Positions 21,942 through 33,597 of a stretch of 64,000 nt of DNA are shown here, one piece after another (position 1 is the stretch's first letter; each line of letters begins with the position of its first letter). Source of the stretch: Alphaproteobacteria bacterium. Its GTDB lineage: Bacteria; Pseudomonadota; Alphaproteobacteria; RF32; CAG-239. The DNA is taken from the NCBI GenBank assembly GCA_017475705.1, contig JAFVFB010000012.1, forward strand, positions 60,525 through 124,524, given 5' to 3'. Made by a program: the position numbers and the translations under genes. The notes under the pieces are model-generated. The model made no database searches. It saw only the letters and a list, made by a program, of their open reading frames with translations, and was not told the origin of the DNA.

Positions 21942-21942
21942 G

Positions 21943-22398
21943 ATGAAAAAGGTTCTTTGGATATGTGTTTTGCTATTAATGAGTTCTTGCTCCAGTACTC
22001 ATCGGGGGCAAGTTGTTTTTCACTGGGATAGGCAAAATACAGGCGGAATAAAATTTGCTAGAGATCATTCAGAATGCATGAGAGCGTCAGAAGCTTTTAA
22101 GTTTTGGCCAAGTTTCAAAAGCTGGTTTTATACCGAAGAGCAAAGATATAACATTGTTGTCAAATGGCACAAAGAGCATGGCGTCTGGGCCAGTTTTGTT
22201 CCTTATCCAGGAGCTGTACCAATCATGGTTAATTCTGTAAGGGATGATACAGACGTAAGTCCAAGTAAATATAGAAGGTGTATGATAAATAAAGGATATT
22301 TTGAGCGGAGCACAAATATACCAGAAACAACTAATCTCTTTATCTATAAGCCTCAAAGCGTTAACCAAGATGTGCCGTTGGATAGTACGTATCCATAA
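21943..22398 (+). CDS. lipoprotein, hypothetical
   Basis: Start is likely at the internal Met (MKKVLWICVLLLMSSCSS), which gives a lipobox LMSSC. The gene abuts the GST stop. Confidence 0.45.
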   Translation: MKKVLWICVLLLMSSCSSTHRGQVVFHWDRQNTGGIKFARDHSECMRASEAFKFWPSFKSWFYTEEQRYNIVVKWHKEHGVWASFVPYPGAVPIMVNSVRDDTDVSPSKYRRCMINKGYFERSTNIPETTNLFIYKPQSVNQDVPLDSTYP

Positions 22399-22407
22399 TG
22401 TCTAGAT

Positions 22408-23808
22408 CTATTTTAAATTATAGCCACCTCCCGTCGCTTTATAAAAAGCAATGATAGACTGTAAAATTTGCGCATTACTATCAGCTAAAGAAAGTTGTGC
22501 CTCTAAAAGGTTTTGTTCCGCAGCAGCAACATCTGTAAAATTGACAAGTCCATGTATATATTTTTCATTAGTGAGTGCCATAATTTTTTTCATTTTATAA
22601 AAAGAATTATGTTGGTGAATGTTTGTATTATATGCTTTTTCTACAGCATAAATAGCATTTTTTAATTCGACAAGAGCGGTTAGCAATACATTATTGTAAT
22701 TAAGCAGATATTCTTCACGAATATGCTTTTGCAAATCAATATTATTTTGCAACTGTTTCCAGTGCCAAATAGGCAAAGATAAAGTAGGCGCATAGCCATA
22801 TAATTGCTTTTGTGGGCTAATCAAGGATTTTCCACTAACTGACACATAACCAAAAGAGGCAGATAAATCAACATCAGGATAAAGTTCAGTAATAGCTTTA
22901 TTTACAGCAGCATTTTGCGCACGAATTTCTGCTTCAGCTGCTAAAATGTCTGGTCTGGTTCTTAAGATATTAAGAGGTAATTTATATAAATCTTTAACAG
23001 TGTATTTAAAAGTACTGGCAGTGATATTCTTTGAAGGTTTATCTAAATTGATAGGGAGCCGATTAGGGGTTACACCAAGCAAAACAGCTAAGGAATTTTT
23101 ATTATTTTCGACATCTAATTCAAGCGGTGGAATAGTTGATTTTGTTTGCTCAACACTAAACTGAGCTTGGTTTAAGGCTAAATCATCAGTAATTCCTGCT
23201 GCATGCTTATCAGAAATAGAATTTAAAATATCATTTTGCAGGCTTAGATTGTGCTTGGCAATTTTCAATTGCTCCTGGGCCTTTCTTAAATTAATATAAT
23301 TAGACGCAATTTCTGCCGTTATAATCGCCCTTAAATGCAATAAATTATATTTAGAATTTTTCATTAATTCAAAATATTGTTCGCTAAGGTATTGTCCTTT
23401 TCCCCAAATATCAACTTCCCATACAGAATCAAAGCCGATTTTGAAGGTGTTAATATCTGTAGCATATGAACTCTGAGTATGCGCTTTTTGGTATGTATAG
23501 CCACCCTTAGCATCAATCATAGGAAAACTCTGTTTAGATTGAATAGCAAATTGTAAACGCGATTGTTTCAGTCTTTCAATAGCCTGCTTTATGGTTAAAT
23601 TAGAGTGATTTAAATGGCTGAGCAGTGTATTTAAATCTTTGTCCTTAAACATTTTATACCAATCTGTCGTGATATTTTTTTCAGAAGGCGTAAGTGTTAA
23701 TTCTTTTAACACATCTTGATCTGAAATAAATAGTGGCTGCTGATAATCATGCCCGACATGACAAGCAGTTAGAAGAAAAAATAACAACAAATTTAATGGT
23801 TTAAACAT
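22408..23808 (-). CDS. RND efflux outer-membrane factor (NodT/OprM family)
   Basis: 466 aa with a lipoprotein signal (LLTAC). Two-repeat OEP architecture. It is the last gene of the MFP-RND-OMF operon. Confidence 0.85.
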   Translation of the reverse strand: MFKPLNLLLFFLLTACHVGHDYQQPLFISDQDVLKELTLTPSEKNITTDWYKMFKDKDLNTLLSHLNHSNLTIKQAIERLKQSRLQFAIQSKQSFPMIDAKGGYTYQKAHTQSSYATDINTFKIGFDSVWEVDIWGKGQYLSEQYFELMKNSKYNLLHLRAIITAEIASNYINLRKAQEQLKIAKHNLSLQNDILNSISDKHAAGITDDLALNQAQFSVEQTKSTIPPLELDVENNKNSLAVLLGVTPNRLPINLDKPSKNITASTFKYTVKDLYKLPLNILRTRPDILAAEAEIRAQNAAVNKAITELYPDVDLSASFGYVSVSGKSLISPQKQLYGYAPTLSLPIWHWKQLQNNIDLQKHIREEYLLNYNNVLLTALVELKNAIYAVEKAYNTNIHQHNSFYKMKKIMALTNEKYIHGLVNFTDVAAAEQNLLEAQLSLADSNAQILQSIIAFYKATGGGYNLK

Positions 23809-26800
23809 TTTTTTCCTCCAACGATAAATTATCTGACAATTTTATAGGGTAAAAATGCTCTTTAATGCCCTCAAATAGCGCAAAGAGAGCTGGTATAAAT
23901 ATAATGCCGACAAGTGTTGCCGCGATCATACCGCAAAATACTGTGACCCCAATAGAAATTTGAGAATTTGCTCCTGGTCCAGAGGCAATAACCATAGGAA
24001 ACACACCCAAAATAAAAGTCATAGCAGTCATAAGTACCGCTCTAAACCTTTCTTCAGCACCTTTTTCAGAGGCTTCCAAAATACTAAATCCTTGTTCACG
24101 ATAATCTTTAGTAAATTCAACAATAAGAATAGCATTTTTAGCTGCCAAACCAATTAGTAAAACTAAGCCAAGCTGCGCATAAATACTGAGCGATAAGCCA
24201 AATAAATGCAATCCGATAAAAGCACCTAACACCGCAAAAACAGTAGAAAACATCACCGCAAAAGCCAACATCCAACTCTCATATTGCGCCACAAGAAATA
24301 AATAGCAAAACACAATGGCAAGAGAAATAAGAGCTCCAACTAGCCCTTTTGTTTGAGCTTCTTGCAAAGAAAGCCCTGTCCATCTGATGCCAAACCCCTT
24401 TGGCAATTCATGAGCTAGCTGTTCCAACGTCTCCATAGCCTGCCCGCTACTTATATCATCCGCTGCTTGTGCCGTAATTCCAGCTGAGGTATACAAATTA
24501 TAACGGTATATAATTTTAGGGGATATTTGGGTGGCAATATCGGCAAAGCTACCAATTTTAATGAGATCATTATTATTCGTTTTAACATAAAGATTTTTTA
24601 TATCGGAAAGGCTTTGTCTATAATTAAAGTCAGCTTGCAGTATAACCCGATTAATTTGTCCGTTTAAGGTAATATTATTAATATAACTGGCTCCTAAGTT
24701 ACTTTGTAATGTAGCAAACATCTCAGCAACGGATATGCCATAAGAGAGCAATTTTACACGATCAATATTCAAAAATACATGTGGCGTATCAGCTCTAAAA
24801 GTGCTAAAAGCATAAGCAATCTTCTTGTTTTGATTAGCATCATAAAGATATTTTTTGAGCGTATTATCTAAATCCATTGGAGTAAGGGCCGTATCGATGG
24901 CCACCAGTTCAAGAGAGAGGCCATTGCTTTGTCCAATCCCAGGTACAGATGGCGGCGCAAAAAAATTATATTCAATACCATTATGGCTAATAAATTTTTT
25001 TGCGAGCAGCTGTGTGATGGCAGATAGAGATTGCTCTTTAGATTTTCGTTGAGCCCAATCTTCCAAACCGATAACTCCCAAAGCCGCATTTTCCCCACCA
25101 CCGCCAAGCATACTATAACCTGCTACGGTAACCACATATTTAACTCCGTTCATTTTTAGGGCTTCTTTGCTAACATTTTCTAAAATGTGATTAGTTTGAT
25201 TGACACTTGCCGTATTATCAAGCTGGACATTGGCGAAAATGATTCCTTGATCTTCCTCAGGGATAAATGAAGTTGGTGTAATCTTAAAATAGAGAGCAAT
25301 AAACAAAAAAGCAAAAACAATCAAAGTGATAGTGGCATGCATATGAATAACAAAAAATCGCACAACTCTAACATATAAATCACGAGATTTATCCAAAAAG
25401 CTATTAAAGTAATTAAAAAAGGCAAAAGTTTTTTTATTTTTGTTTTCACTTTTCAAAAAAATAGCACATAACGAGGGGCTAAGAGTCAAGGCATTAAAAG
25501 CAGAAAAAACAATAGATGTCGCTATAGCTACAGCAAATTGTTGGTATATTCGACCGGTAATACCAGCCATCAGTCCGACCGGAACAAAAATAGCTAACAA
25601 AACAAAAGTTGTTGCCACAATAGCACTTCCAATTTGTTGCATAGACTTAACAGCAGCATTATAAGCTGATAGAGCTTCATATTGCATTAGATATTGCACG
25701 CGCTCAACAACAATAATAGCATCATCAACCACTAAACCTATAACTAAAATCATTGCAAATAACGTCAAAATATTAATGTCAAATCCAAGCAAATAGATAA
25801 CAATAAAAGTAGCAATCAGTGAAACCGGAATAGTAATCAGTGGAATAAGAGTTGTTTTAATTTTCTGTAAAAATACATATGTTACCAAAACAACCAATAA
25901 AAAGGTAATAAACAATGTCTCAATAATAGCGTCAAGAGATGAGCGAACGTAATCGGTTGAATCATAAACCACCCCAATATTCATATCTTCAGGAAAACTT
26001 TTCTCTAGTTCATTTAGTGCTTCGTGAACATTTTCCATTGTTTGCAAAGCATTGGTATTTGGTGTTTGATTAAGAGCTATAATAACAGCCGGCTCATTAT
26101 TATATTTTGAACTAATGTTATAAGAATCTCTTCCGAGCTCAATACGTGCAACATCTTTTAAATACACGACACCTCCAGCCTCATCAGTAGCGATAATGAT
26201 TTCAGAAAAATCTTTAACGCTGTTAAGCAGTCCTTTAGCTGTAAGGCTAAGGACTAGATTTGTATTTACATGACTAGGTGCAGAGCCAATAGTTCCTACG
26301 GCTGCTTGAACATTTTGATTTTTCACCGCATTAATTACATCAGTGCTATTAAGCCCCAAAGCAGCAAGTTTATCCACATCAAGCCAAATCCGCATACTAT
26401 ACTGAGGACCAAATATTTGCACTTCTCCAATACCATACAATCTGGAGAGAGGATTCTTAATATTTGTGTATGCAAAATTACTTAAAAACAAATCGTCATA
26501 GCTATGGTTAGGTGAACGCAACACAATTAATCCAAGGATATCCGCATTTTCTGTAGAAACGTCGATACCATTTTGTACGACTTCATCTGGAAGCTCACTA
26601 TTAACTTGCTGCAATCGATTTTGAATTTTCACTTGGTCTATATCTGGATTGGAACCAATATCAAACGTTACCGTTAGCGTATAAGATCCATTATCATCAG
26701 AAACAGAAGACATATAAAGCATATCCTCAACACCATTCATTTGATTTTCAATTGGTACTGCAATCGTATCTGCAATAACTTCGGCATTAGCACCCAGATA

Positions 26801-26947
26801 TTTTGTTTTAACACTAACTTGAGGCGGTGTAATATTTGGAAATTGTGAAATTGGTAAAACCTTAATAGCAAGTAGACCCAAAATAACCAAAACTATAGAA
26901 AGAACCATCGCAAAACGTGGTCTATCAATAAAAAATTTAGAAAACAT
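23801..26947 (-). CDS. RND multidrug efflux transporter (AcrB family)
   Basis: 1048 aa with 12 TM, two large periplasmic loops and conserved TM4 acidic residues ([10 protein letters not shown]). Confidence 0.9.
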   Translation of the reverse strand: MFSKFFIDRPRFAMVLSIVLVILGLLAIKVLPISQFPNITPPQVSVKTKYLGANAEVIADTIAVPIENQMNGVEDMLYMSSVSDDNGSYTLTVTFDIGSNPDIDQVKIQNRLQQVNSELPDEVVQNGIDVSTENADILGLIVLRSPNHSYDDLFLSNFAYTNIKNPLSRLYGIGEVQIFGPQYSMRIWLDVDKLAALGLNSTDVINAVKNQNVQAAVGTIGSAPSHVNTNLVLSLTAKGLLNSVKDFSEIIIATDEAGGVVYLKDVARIELGRDSYNISSKYNNEPAVIIALNQTPNTNALQTMENVHEALNELEKSFPEDMNIGVVYDSTDYVRSSLDAIIETLFITFLLVVLVTYVFLQKIKTTLIPLITIPVSLIATFIVIYLLGFDINILTLFAMILVIGLVVDDAIIVVERVQYLMQYEALSAYNAAVKSMQQIGSAIVATTFVLLAIFVPVGLMAGITGRIYQQFAVAIATSIVFSAFNALTLSPSLCAIFLKSENKNKKTFAFFNYFNSFLDKSRDLYVRVVRFFVIHMHATITLIVFAFLFIALYFKITPTSFIPEEDQGIIFANVQLDNTASVNQTNHILENVSKEALKMNGVKYVVTVAGYSMLGGGGENAALGVIGLEDWAQRKSKEQSLSAITQLLAKKFISHNGIEYNFFAPPSVPGIGQSNGLSLELVAIDTALTPMDLDNTLKKYLYDANQNKKIAYAFSTFRADTPHVFLNIDRVKLLSYGISVAEMFATLQSNLGASYINNITLNGQINRVILQADFNYRQSLSDIKNLYVKTNNNDLIKIGSFADIATQISPKIIYRYNLYTSAGITAQAADDISSGQAMETLEQLAHELPKGFGIRWTGLSLQEAQTKGLVGALISLAIVFCYLFLVAQYESWMLAFAVMFSTVFAVLGAFIGLHLFGLSLSIYAQLGLVLLIGLAAKNAILIVEFTKDYREQGFSILEASEKGAEERFRAVLMTAMTFILGVFPMVIASGPGANSQISIGVTVFCGMIAATLVGIIFIPALFALFEGIKEHFYPIKLSDNLSLEEKNV

Positions 26948-26958
26948 TTTTCCTCCAC

Positions 26959-28086
26959 TTAAGACTGAACAATATTAAAATTTACATGAGTCCCTGGTTT
27001 TATGTTTTCTACCGTGTCTAAGATAAGTAAATCTCCCGCATAAAATATATTTTTAATAACAAACTGATTATCTTTTTCTGAAAGGATATCAACGCGAACA
27101 TTTTCAATATGCTGGTTCCGCCCGATACTTAAAAAATACCCATTATCAGCAAATTTAACAAGGTTTTTATCTAGGATAACAGCGTTTTTAAATGTCTTAT
27201 AAACATCAACCGTCACAAAAGCTTCTGGCATTAAGTCCTCATTTTCATTTTGAAAATAAGCATATATGGCCAATGAATTTGTACCTTTATTAAGTCTATT
27301 ATCTGTGTATTTAAATTGCCCTTCATGTGCAAAAGTCTTCCCGTTAGCTAGAGTAAGTTTGATAACACTGTCTTTAAAAAGTTGCTGACCATCTTTCATA
27401 GTTAAGTACTCATTATCAGATAGAGAAAAAACCACTCTGATGGGATCTGTTTGCACAATACGCAGTAATGGGCTATCGACTGGTGCAACATAGTCCCCCA
27501 CGCTCAAATTAAAATTTCCTATTATTCCGGATATAGGCGCTTTTATTTGTGTATAATTAAGATTTACGTCAGCAAATTTTTTATTAGCAAGAGCACTTTT
27601 GTAAGCGGCTTGTGCCTGCAGAAAATTATTTTTGGCATTGTCAATATCTATTTCCGAAAAGGCTCTCCGACCGGATTTCTGCACGCGATTATAAAAATTT
27701 TGAGCATAGTCAAGTGCTGCAGAGCTTTGCATAACGGCGGCTTCTGCAGCATCAGCTTTTGCTTTATACTCAGCATCATCAATAGTAATAAGCAATTCAC
27801 CCTGTGAAACCTTTTGTCCTGGTTGCACAGCAATATTATCCAAATAACCGCTTATATACGGCACGATTAATACCTGATTAATGGCCTCAACATGTCCAAC
27901 ATAATGGTAAACAACGACAACATCTTCGCCATAAATGGGTATTGCTTTAAGAGTAACATCATCAGAGTTTTGGATGTTTTGTGCAGGATAGACCAAAGAT
28001 TTGTAAAAATAAATACAACTTAAGCCCAAAACACAAAGACATAAAATAACAAGCAGTATTTTGTAAATTCGGCGTTTATTTTCCAT
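26959..28086 (-). CDS. RND efflux membrane fusion protein (AcrA/HlyD family)
   Basis: 375 aa. N-terminal TM, coiled-coil hairpin and beta-barrel domains. Lies upstream of the RND gene. Confidence 0.8.
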   Translation of the reverse strand: MENKRRIYKILLVILCLCVLGLSCIYFYKSLVYPAQNIQNSDDVTLKAIPIYGEDVVVVYHYVGHVEAINQVLIVPYISGYLDNIAVQPGQKVSQGELLITIDDAEYKAKADAAEAAVMQSSAALDYAQNFYNRVQKSGRRAFSEIDIDNAKNNFLQAQAAYKSALANKKFADVNLNYTQIKAPISGIIGNFNLSVGDYVAPVDSPLLRIVQTDPIRVVFSLSDNEYLTMKDGQQLFKDSVIKLTLANGKTFAHEGQFKYTDNRLNKGTNSLAIYAYFQNENEDLMPEAFVTVDVYKTFKNAVILDKNLVKFADNGYFLSIGRNQHIENVRVDILSEKDNQFVIKNIFYAGDLLILDTVENIKPGTHVNFNIVQS

Positions 28087-28150
28087 TACTAATCCTTTAT
28101 TCTAATCAAATTTTTAGAATAAATAATAAGTAATATCCGCAATTCAACCT

Positions 28151-29029
28151 CTACTGCATAAGTTCTATGGCTTTTGTAATCTTTTTAATAGAATTAAGTT
28201 CTATTTGCCTCACTCTTTCTTTTGATATATTATAAAGTTTGCTTAGGTCGTCTAAAGTAATAGTTTTTTCATAGAGACGCCTTTTAAACAAAATATCTTT
28301 TTCACGAGGGTTAAGGACATACAAAGCCTGATTAAACATCTTGCGCCGATATTTAACAGTTTCAGCATGAGCTAAAGTTTCTTCTTGGTTAGGTTTATTA
28401 TCAGAGATAAAGTCCATCCATTCGCTTGTTCCGTCAGAATCAGCATCAACAACAGCGTTTAATGAACCATCATGAGCTTTGAGGCGCATATTCATATCTG
28501 TAACGTCTTGCACGCTGACATCTAATGATTTTGCAATATCAGATAAAACGTATTGAGACATATCTCTATCATCAAGCAGGTTCAGCCTATTTTTGATTTT
28601 ACGTAAATTAAAAAAAAGTTTTTTCTGAGCGGCAGTTGTACCTAATTTAACCAAAGACCAAGAGTTTAAAATATATTTTTGCACTGAAGCCTTAATCCAC
28701 CATAAAGCATAGGTGGAAAAACGAAAACCTTTTTCAGGTACAAACTTATCAATAGCATACATTAAACCAATATTACCCTCAGAAATCATTTCTCCCACAG
28801 GTAAACCATATCCACGATATTTTGAAACGACTTTAACAACTAATCTTAAATGAGAAGTGATAAGTTTATAAGCCAATTCTTTATCTTTTGTCTTTTGGTA
28901 TTCCGAAGCCATTTGAAATTCTTCATCGGGTGTTAAAATTGGAAATTTTTTAATAGATTGAAGATAGCGCGAAAGATTTTCTTCTGGTGAAAAGTCAAGT
29001 CCGGGTAGAGTATTAAGTTGTTCTTTCAT
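28151..29029 (-). CDS. rpoH: RNA polymerase sigma-32 factor
   Basis: 292 aa. Region 2 (GNIGLMYAIDKF..FRFSTYALWWIKAS), the RpoH box (QKKLFFNLRK) and region 4. Confidence 0.9.
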   Translation of the reverse strand: MKEQLNTLPGLDFSPEENLSRYLQSIKKFPILTPDEEFQMASEYQKTKDKELAYKLITSHLRLVVKVVSKYRGYGLPVGEMISEGNIGLMYAIDKFVPEKGFRFSTYALWWIKASVQKYILNSWSLVKLGTTAAQKKLFFNLRKIKNRLNLLDDRDMSQYVLSDIAKSLDVSVQDVTDMNMRLKAHDGSLNAVVDADSDGTSEWMDFISDNKPNQEETLAHAETVKYRRKMFNQALYVLNPREKDILFKRRLYEKTITLDDLSKLYNISKERVRQIELNSIKKITKAIELMQ

Positions 29030-29148
29030 ACTTTTTCTCCTAAAATTTGACTAAAATCAATCATAGGAAAAAAATTTTTTTCCACAACCTAGACAATGGT
29101 TTTATAAATCAATTTGACATTTTCAAATAATATCAAGGTCAATTAGAA

Positions 29149-30132
29149 CTAAAGTATAATTTTTTGCAATGAAGAAACTAGTTCTTGCATATCATCTGGC
29201 AAAGGAACCTTAAATTGTAAAAATTCTTTAGATCTTGGGTGAACAAAACCGAGAGAAGAAGCATGCAGTGCTTGTCTAGGAAATCTATTGACAAAGGCTT
29301 TAAGTGGCTCAGGTAGATTAATTTGCGATTTCTTAGCCTTTGTATACAACTCATCGCCGATTAAATTACAACCGATACTAGAAAGGTGTACACGAATTTG
29401 GTGAGTTCGCCCCGTTTCTAGTTGGCAGCGAATTAGAGCAGCTGCATTTCTATAGTTTTCACAAACTTCATAATGAGTAATAGCTACTTTTCCACCATTT
29501 GCGACAAGAGCCATTTTCTTTCTATCAAAGGAGCTACGGGCGATATTTCCTTCAATAGTCCCTTTGGCTGGTGAAGGGACCCCATACACAACAGCCAAAT
29601 AAGTACGCTCAATGGAGTGCACAAAAAACTGTTCAGCCAAAAATCGATGGGCAATATCATTTTTTGCTACAACCAAAATACCGCTAGTATTCTTATCAAT
29701 CCGATGGACAATTCCAGGTCTGACGACACCTCCAATACCAGAAAGGCTCTCCCTACAATGGTAAAGTAATGCATTAACCAATGTATTCTGATAGTTTCCG
29801 GCAGCGGGATGAACCGTCATACCAGCAGGTTTATTAACAACAATAAGATCATCATCTTCAAAAAGAATGTCTAAAGCAATATTTTGCGGAACAGGCGTGG
29901 CTTCTTGTGGTTCAGGCATAATAACTTGATACACATCACCTAACCGAGTTTTGAAGCTCTTATCATTAATAATTTCATCGTCAGCAAAGACATAACCTTC
30001 CTCAATTAATCTCTGAGCTTGTGCCCGAGAAAAATTGGAAAGATTATCCGCAATAAACTTATCAATTCTAATCTTAACATTATCAAGAGAAACCGGCGGT
30101 GTATAAAAAATATGATTATTTTCTTCAGTCAT
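29149..30132 (-). CDS. rluD: 23S rRNA pseudouridine synthase RluD
   Basis: 327 aa. S4 domain plus a RluA-family catalytic core (HRIDKNTSGILVVAKN). rpoH-rluD adjacency as in Rhizobiales. Confidence 0.85.
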   Translation of the reverse strand: MTEENNHIFYTPPVSLDNVKIRIDKFIADNLSNFSRAQAQRLIEEGYVFADDEIINDKSFKTRLGDVYQVIMPEPQEATPVPQNIALDILFEDDDLIVVNKPAGMTVHPAAGNYQNTLVNALLYHCRESLSGIGGVVRPGIVHRIDKNTSGILVVAKNDIAHRFLAEQFFVHSIERTYLAVVYGVPSPAKGTIEGNIARSSFDRKKMALVANGGKVAITHYEVCENYRNAAALIRCQLETGRTHQIRVHLSSIGCNLIGDELYTKAKKSQINLPEPLKAFVNRFPRQALHASSLGFVHPRSKEFLQFKVPLPDDMQELVSSLQKIIL

Positions 30133-30244
30133 AGCACTTACATTAAGTATATTTTCACCAATAATAAGCTAAGATACATATAAAACAAATATAAATCAAG
30201 CGGATAATAAGCCAATAGACTAAAATAAAGCAACAGGAGGAACA

Positions 30245-31372
30245 ATGGCAGATACAGAATTAGATAATTTCTTTTCAGCAGATTCGCAAACAAAAAAATC
30301 AACCACAGCAAAAAGTACTAAGCAAGAAGAAACCAATGATGACGATGGCTTTGATTTAGAAGATGAATTTTCCAAATTATTAAACGACTTTATTAACCAA
30401 GAAAATACCGCTCCTGTGCTACAAGATAAGTCAGATTCGGTATCAAATAGCCTGGATTCTCTGCAAACACCACAATGCCCTTTGGAATCAATGGTCACAG
30501 CTACACCAGTAGAAGAAACCTCAGCTTTAGATGATTTTGCCCAAACAGCACCAAACAATCAACAAGAAACGATGCTGGATGGTTTTGTTACAGAAAATAC
30601 CGCTGTTCAGACTGGAGCAGAACTAGATACTTTTATAACCAATGAACCTGCATCCTCAGAAATCAACGAAACAGATGGGCATTCAGGTCTAAAGCCGGAA
30701 GAACAAGAATTGGCACGTTCTTTGACCAACTTTCAAGATAGTATTTCCGCAATGGCAAACAAAAAGAACCTTAAATTGCCTAAAACAGACTATGAAGAAA
30801 CGATGTTAATGCCAAACTACAAACCGAGCGTAGGTAAAAAAATTGCTCAATATCTTTTAGACTGCTGGCCAATTATAAACAAATATGACCCTGATAATAT
30901 GAAGCGTCTAGCCCCCACGGCAACAGATGAGGAATATCTTTCTTTTGCAGAAAGCTTAAACGATACCTACATGCAGTTAGCCATAATTTCTTATGTGGAA
31001 ATCTTGATAAACATGGAAATATGCGAAGTTAGCTATGAACAGAAAAAAGCGGAAGTGCTAAAAAATCGTGCTAAAAGAGAGCTTTATGAAGAATATATGG
31101 AACTTCAAGAACGCAAAAAATTGTTTATAGAAAAACTTAAAGAAAAGAATTTTCCCATTGATGCAGAACGGCTGATTAGTAATTATTTTCGAGTCGCTCA
31201 AAAAGATCCAGATGGTTCTTTTGAGGCTCTAACCAAAAATCCTGCAACATTTTCGCCGATTCAAGTTGAAAAAATTCACCCAAAATTCTTTGGCTTAATA
31301 AAAGTAACACCTGAAGACGGAATAAAAGCAAACCAAAAAATAGGAAAGTTTATTAAAAATCTAAAAGTATAA
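30245..31372 (+). CDS. hypothetical protein with acidic disordered N-terminal half and helical C-terminal domain
   Basis: 375 aa. Strong RBS (AGGAGG). The first ~170 aa are D/E/S/T/Q-rich with no TM. First gene of the T4CP cluster. Confidence 0.5.
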   Translation: MADTELDNFFSADSQTKKSTTAKSTKQEETNDDDGFDLEDEFSKLLNDFINQENTAPVLQDKSDSVSNSLDSLQTPQCPLESMVTATPVEETSALDDFAQTAPNNQQETMLDGFVTENTAVQTGAELDTFITNEPASSEINETDGHSGLKPEEQELARSLTNFQDSISAMANKKNLKLPKTDYEETMLMPNYKPSVGKKIAQYLLDCWPIINKYDPDNMKRLAPTATDEEYLSFAESLNDTYMQLAIISYVEILINMEICEVSYEQKKAEVLKNRAKRELYEEYMELQERKKLFIEKLKEKNFPIDAERLISNYFRVAQKDPDGSFEALTKNPATFSPIQVEKIHPKFFGLIKVTPEDGIKANQKIGKFIKNLKV

Positions 31373-31403
31373 AATTTTTCATCGATTCGCATGTTTAAAG
31401 TGG

Positions 31404-31419
31404 ACAAACATTTGTTTGT
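31404..31419. promoter_or_regulatory. perfect 7-2-7 palindrome ACAAACATTTGTTTGT, candidate operator upstream of the J-like protein gene
   Basis: Read directly from the sequence. It sits just upstream of a -10-like TAATAT and the RBS AAGGAGG of the 31462 gene. Confidence 0.3.
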
Positions 31420-31461
31420 ATGCTAATATAACAGATATAAGACGACTCAAGGAGGCAAAAA

Positions 31462-33594
31462 ATGGCATGGTATGATGAAGATGCCCTCAAAAAAAGAAAA
31501 GATTTATATGAGGTACTAGAGATAGATATCAAAAATTGTGCTCGTGAAGAATATGCTAAAGAGGAAATAGAAAAACAATACCAAAAATTAAAAGTAAAAC
31601 ATAAACAAGACAGTGATGATTTGAAAGAACTTGAAGGTGCCTACAAGATATTAAGTGATGATGTTAAGCGTTCAGTTTATAATCAGATGCATAATATTAA
31701 ATTCGGCTTAGATGCTGTAAATCAAGAATTAAAAAATGATATAAATGATTTTCTTGGTAAGCCTGTTTATGATACAGGCACTCAAAAAAAACAAACAACA
31801 GATTCAAATAGTGCAGAAAATACACCGCCAAAAACTTCTCAACAAGATGAACAGGGTGCGAATAAACAACAAAAAACCCAAAGAGAGAATACCTCTCCCA
31901 ATATTGAAGAGTTCACACAGTCTTTTGACGGAGAATCAAAGGCTTATAAAGATATAGAGCTGGATATCTATGGTAATGTAAAAGAAAAAAAGAAAAAAAG
32001 TCAAAGTGCCGGTGGTAAAATTAAAGCACCGGAGCGCAAGCCTTCTAAAGGTGGCGGTGGTGGTGGTAAAACCATTATGGAAGTTTTCTGGAACGAAATT
32101 ATCGTTGCCGCTTATGAAAAGAGCTTAGATTTAGCTGTAGACTTCACATTAGATTTTGCAGATTGGGTTTTATTTAATGCTTATGACCCGCAAACTGTGC
32201 AAAAAGAAGAAGCCCAAAAGGAAAAGAAAAGTATTTGGGACTATGCGCGTGACGTTTACAAAAAATATAGCAAAGATGCAGACGGTAGCATGGAAATATT
32301 CCAAAAAGCTCATACTGAATTAATGAAAAACATAGAACTGGCAAAAAATGGCATAGCCCCGAAATGGAAAGTTTGGCCGAACGAGAAAGAGCCATCGTTC
32401 TTTAAACAAGTCGTAGAAATTGCTAAAAAAGCAGAGGAAGATCCCCATTCCCCGGAAGCGAAAAAATGGGAACGTTTTTGTTCAATGCCGGAAATTATGG
32501 AAAATTTATATGAAAAAGAGCTGCAATTAAGGAAAATGTCTATTTTCTTAGCTACAGAAGAAACACAGCTAAAAATTGCCGCATATAAACATCCATCAGA
32601 AATAACGTACAGGCTAAAAGAAATGAAAGAATTAAAGTTAGGTCCTGAAAAGAACTATGAACTGTACCAAAAAAATATGCAGCGTTTAATCACGGAATTA
32701 AGAGATAAAATCAAAGAGGATACTTCTGTAAATCGCCAGATTGGTGCCCAATTAGATGAGATGGAAAAATTAGTAAATAACAAGGATATTAAGAAAGAGT
32801 TCAATAATATCACATCTGGATTGTCCGCACACATTAAAGCAATCGGCAACATTACACCTGAGTTTACTCTATCACCCTCCATTCTAAAAAATTTAAAAGA
32901 AATAGATAAAATAGGAGGCTCAACCTCTAATATCGATAAATATAAAAAAGCAGTGAGTGCTAAGGTGATTGAAATTCAAAGCTTAGCTAAGGGTAATCAG
33001 CCTATAGATAAAGAAATAAACAAACAATTAGCAGAGATAGAAAAAGCCCTCAAAAATCCTAAAGCAACAGTAGAAGATTTAGTAAAAATAGTTGGCAAAA
33101 CAACAGCTTCAATGCGTGAAATTACGCCTCTTCGCCAAGAAATAGATGAATCAAGCCAAGCTTATTATGATCGCATGCGCAAAAATATCGATAAAATTAA
33201 AGTTATCTATGGTAGAGACCCGGAACAATGCCGTGAAAACATTAAGCAATATCTTAAAAATATTACCGAGAATATTAAGCAAGCTCAACCAGAAATAGAT
33301 AATTTTGCTCATGCCAGCCATTTAAAACGTGCGTTGATAAATACAGGGCATGCTGCATATAATTCTGTTAAAGGGCTAATGGGTAAAAAAGATCCAATAG
33401 CTGCAGATGCTATTATGGATAGGATGGAACAAAAGGCCTCAGATGGTTTCAAAAAAGCAAATTCTATAATCGATGATTTTGAAATAAATGGACGGAGATT
33501 AAGAGACTATGCTGTTGCGACCGAGACACCAAATCCATTTAAGAATAAGCAAAGCGTATTTAATGCATATAAAGATTATTCAGGGGGCCGTTAA
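31462..33594 (+). CDS. large helical protein with N-terminal degenerate J-like domain (HPD replaced by KQD)
   Basis: 710 aa. Residues ~14-75 align to the DnaJ J-domain (DLYEVLEI...EIEKQYQKLKVKHKQD...AYKILSDDVKRSVYNQ), but the HPD tripeptide is absent. Followed by a Q/K/T-rich linker and a G6 run. Confidence 0.5.
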   Translation: MAWYDEDALKKRKDLYEVLEIDIKNCAREEYAKEEIEKQYQKLKVKHKQDSDDLKELEGAYKILSDDVKRSVYNQMHNIKFGLDAVNQELKNDINDFLGKPVYDTGTQKKQTTDSNSAENTPPKTSQQDEQGANKQQKTQRENTSPNIEEFTQSFDGESKAYKDIELDIYGNVKEKKKKSQSAGGKIKAPERKPSKGGGGGGKTIMEVFWNEIIVAAYEKSLDLAVDFTLDFADWVLFNAYDPQTVQKEEAQKEKKSIWDYARDVYKKYSKDADGSMEIFQKAHTELMKNIELAKNGIAPKWKVWPNEKEPSFFKQVVEIAKKAEEDPHSPEAKKWERFCSMPEIMENLYEKELQLRKMSIFLATEETQLKIAAYKHPSEITYRLKEMKELKLGPEKNYELYQKNMQRLITELRDKIKEDTSVNRQIGAQLDEMEKLVNNKDIKKEFNNITSGLSAHIKAIGNITPEFTLSPSILKNLKEIDKIGGSTSNIDKYKKAVSAKVIEIQSLAKGNQPIDKEINKQLAEIEKALKNPKATVEDLVKIVGKTTASMREITPLRQEIDESSQAYYDRMRKNIDKIKVIYGRDPEQCRENIKQYLKNITENIKQAQPEIDNFAHASHLKRALINTGHAAYNSVKGLMGKKDPIAADAIMDRMEQKASDGFKKANSIIDDFEINGRRLRDYAVATETPNPFKNKQSVFNAYKDYSGGR

Positions 33595-33597
33595 AAT

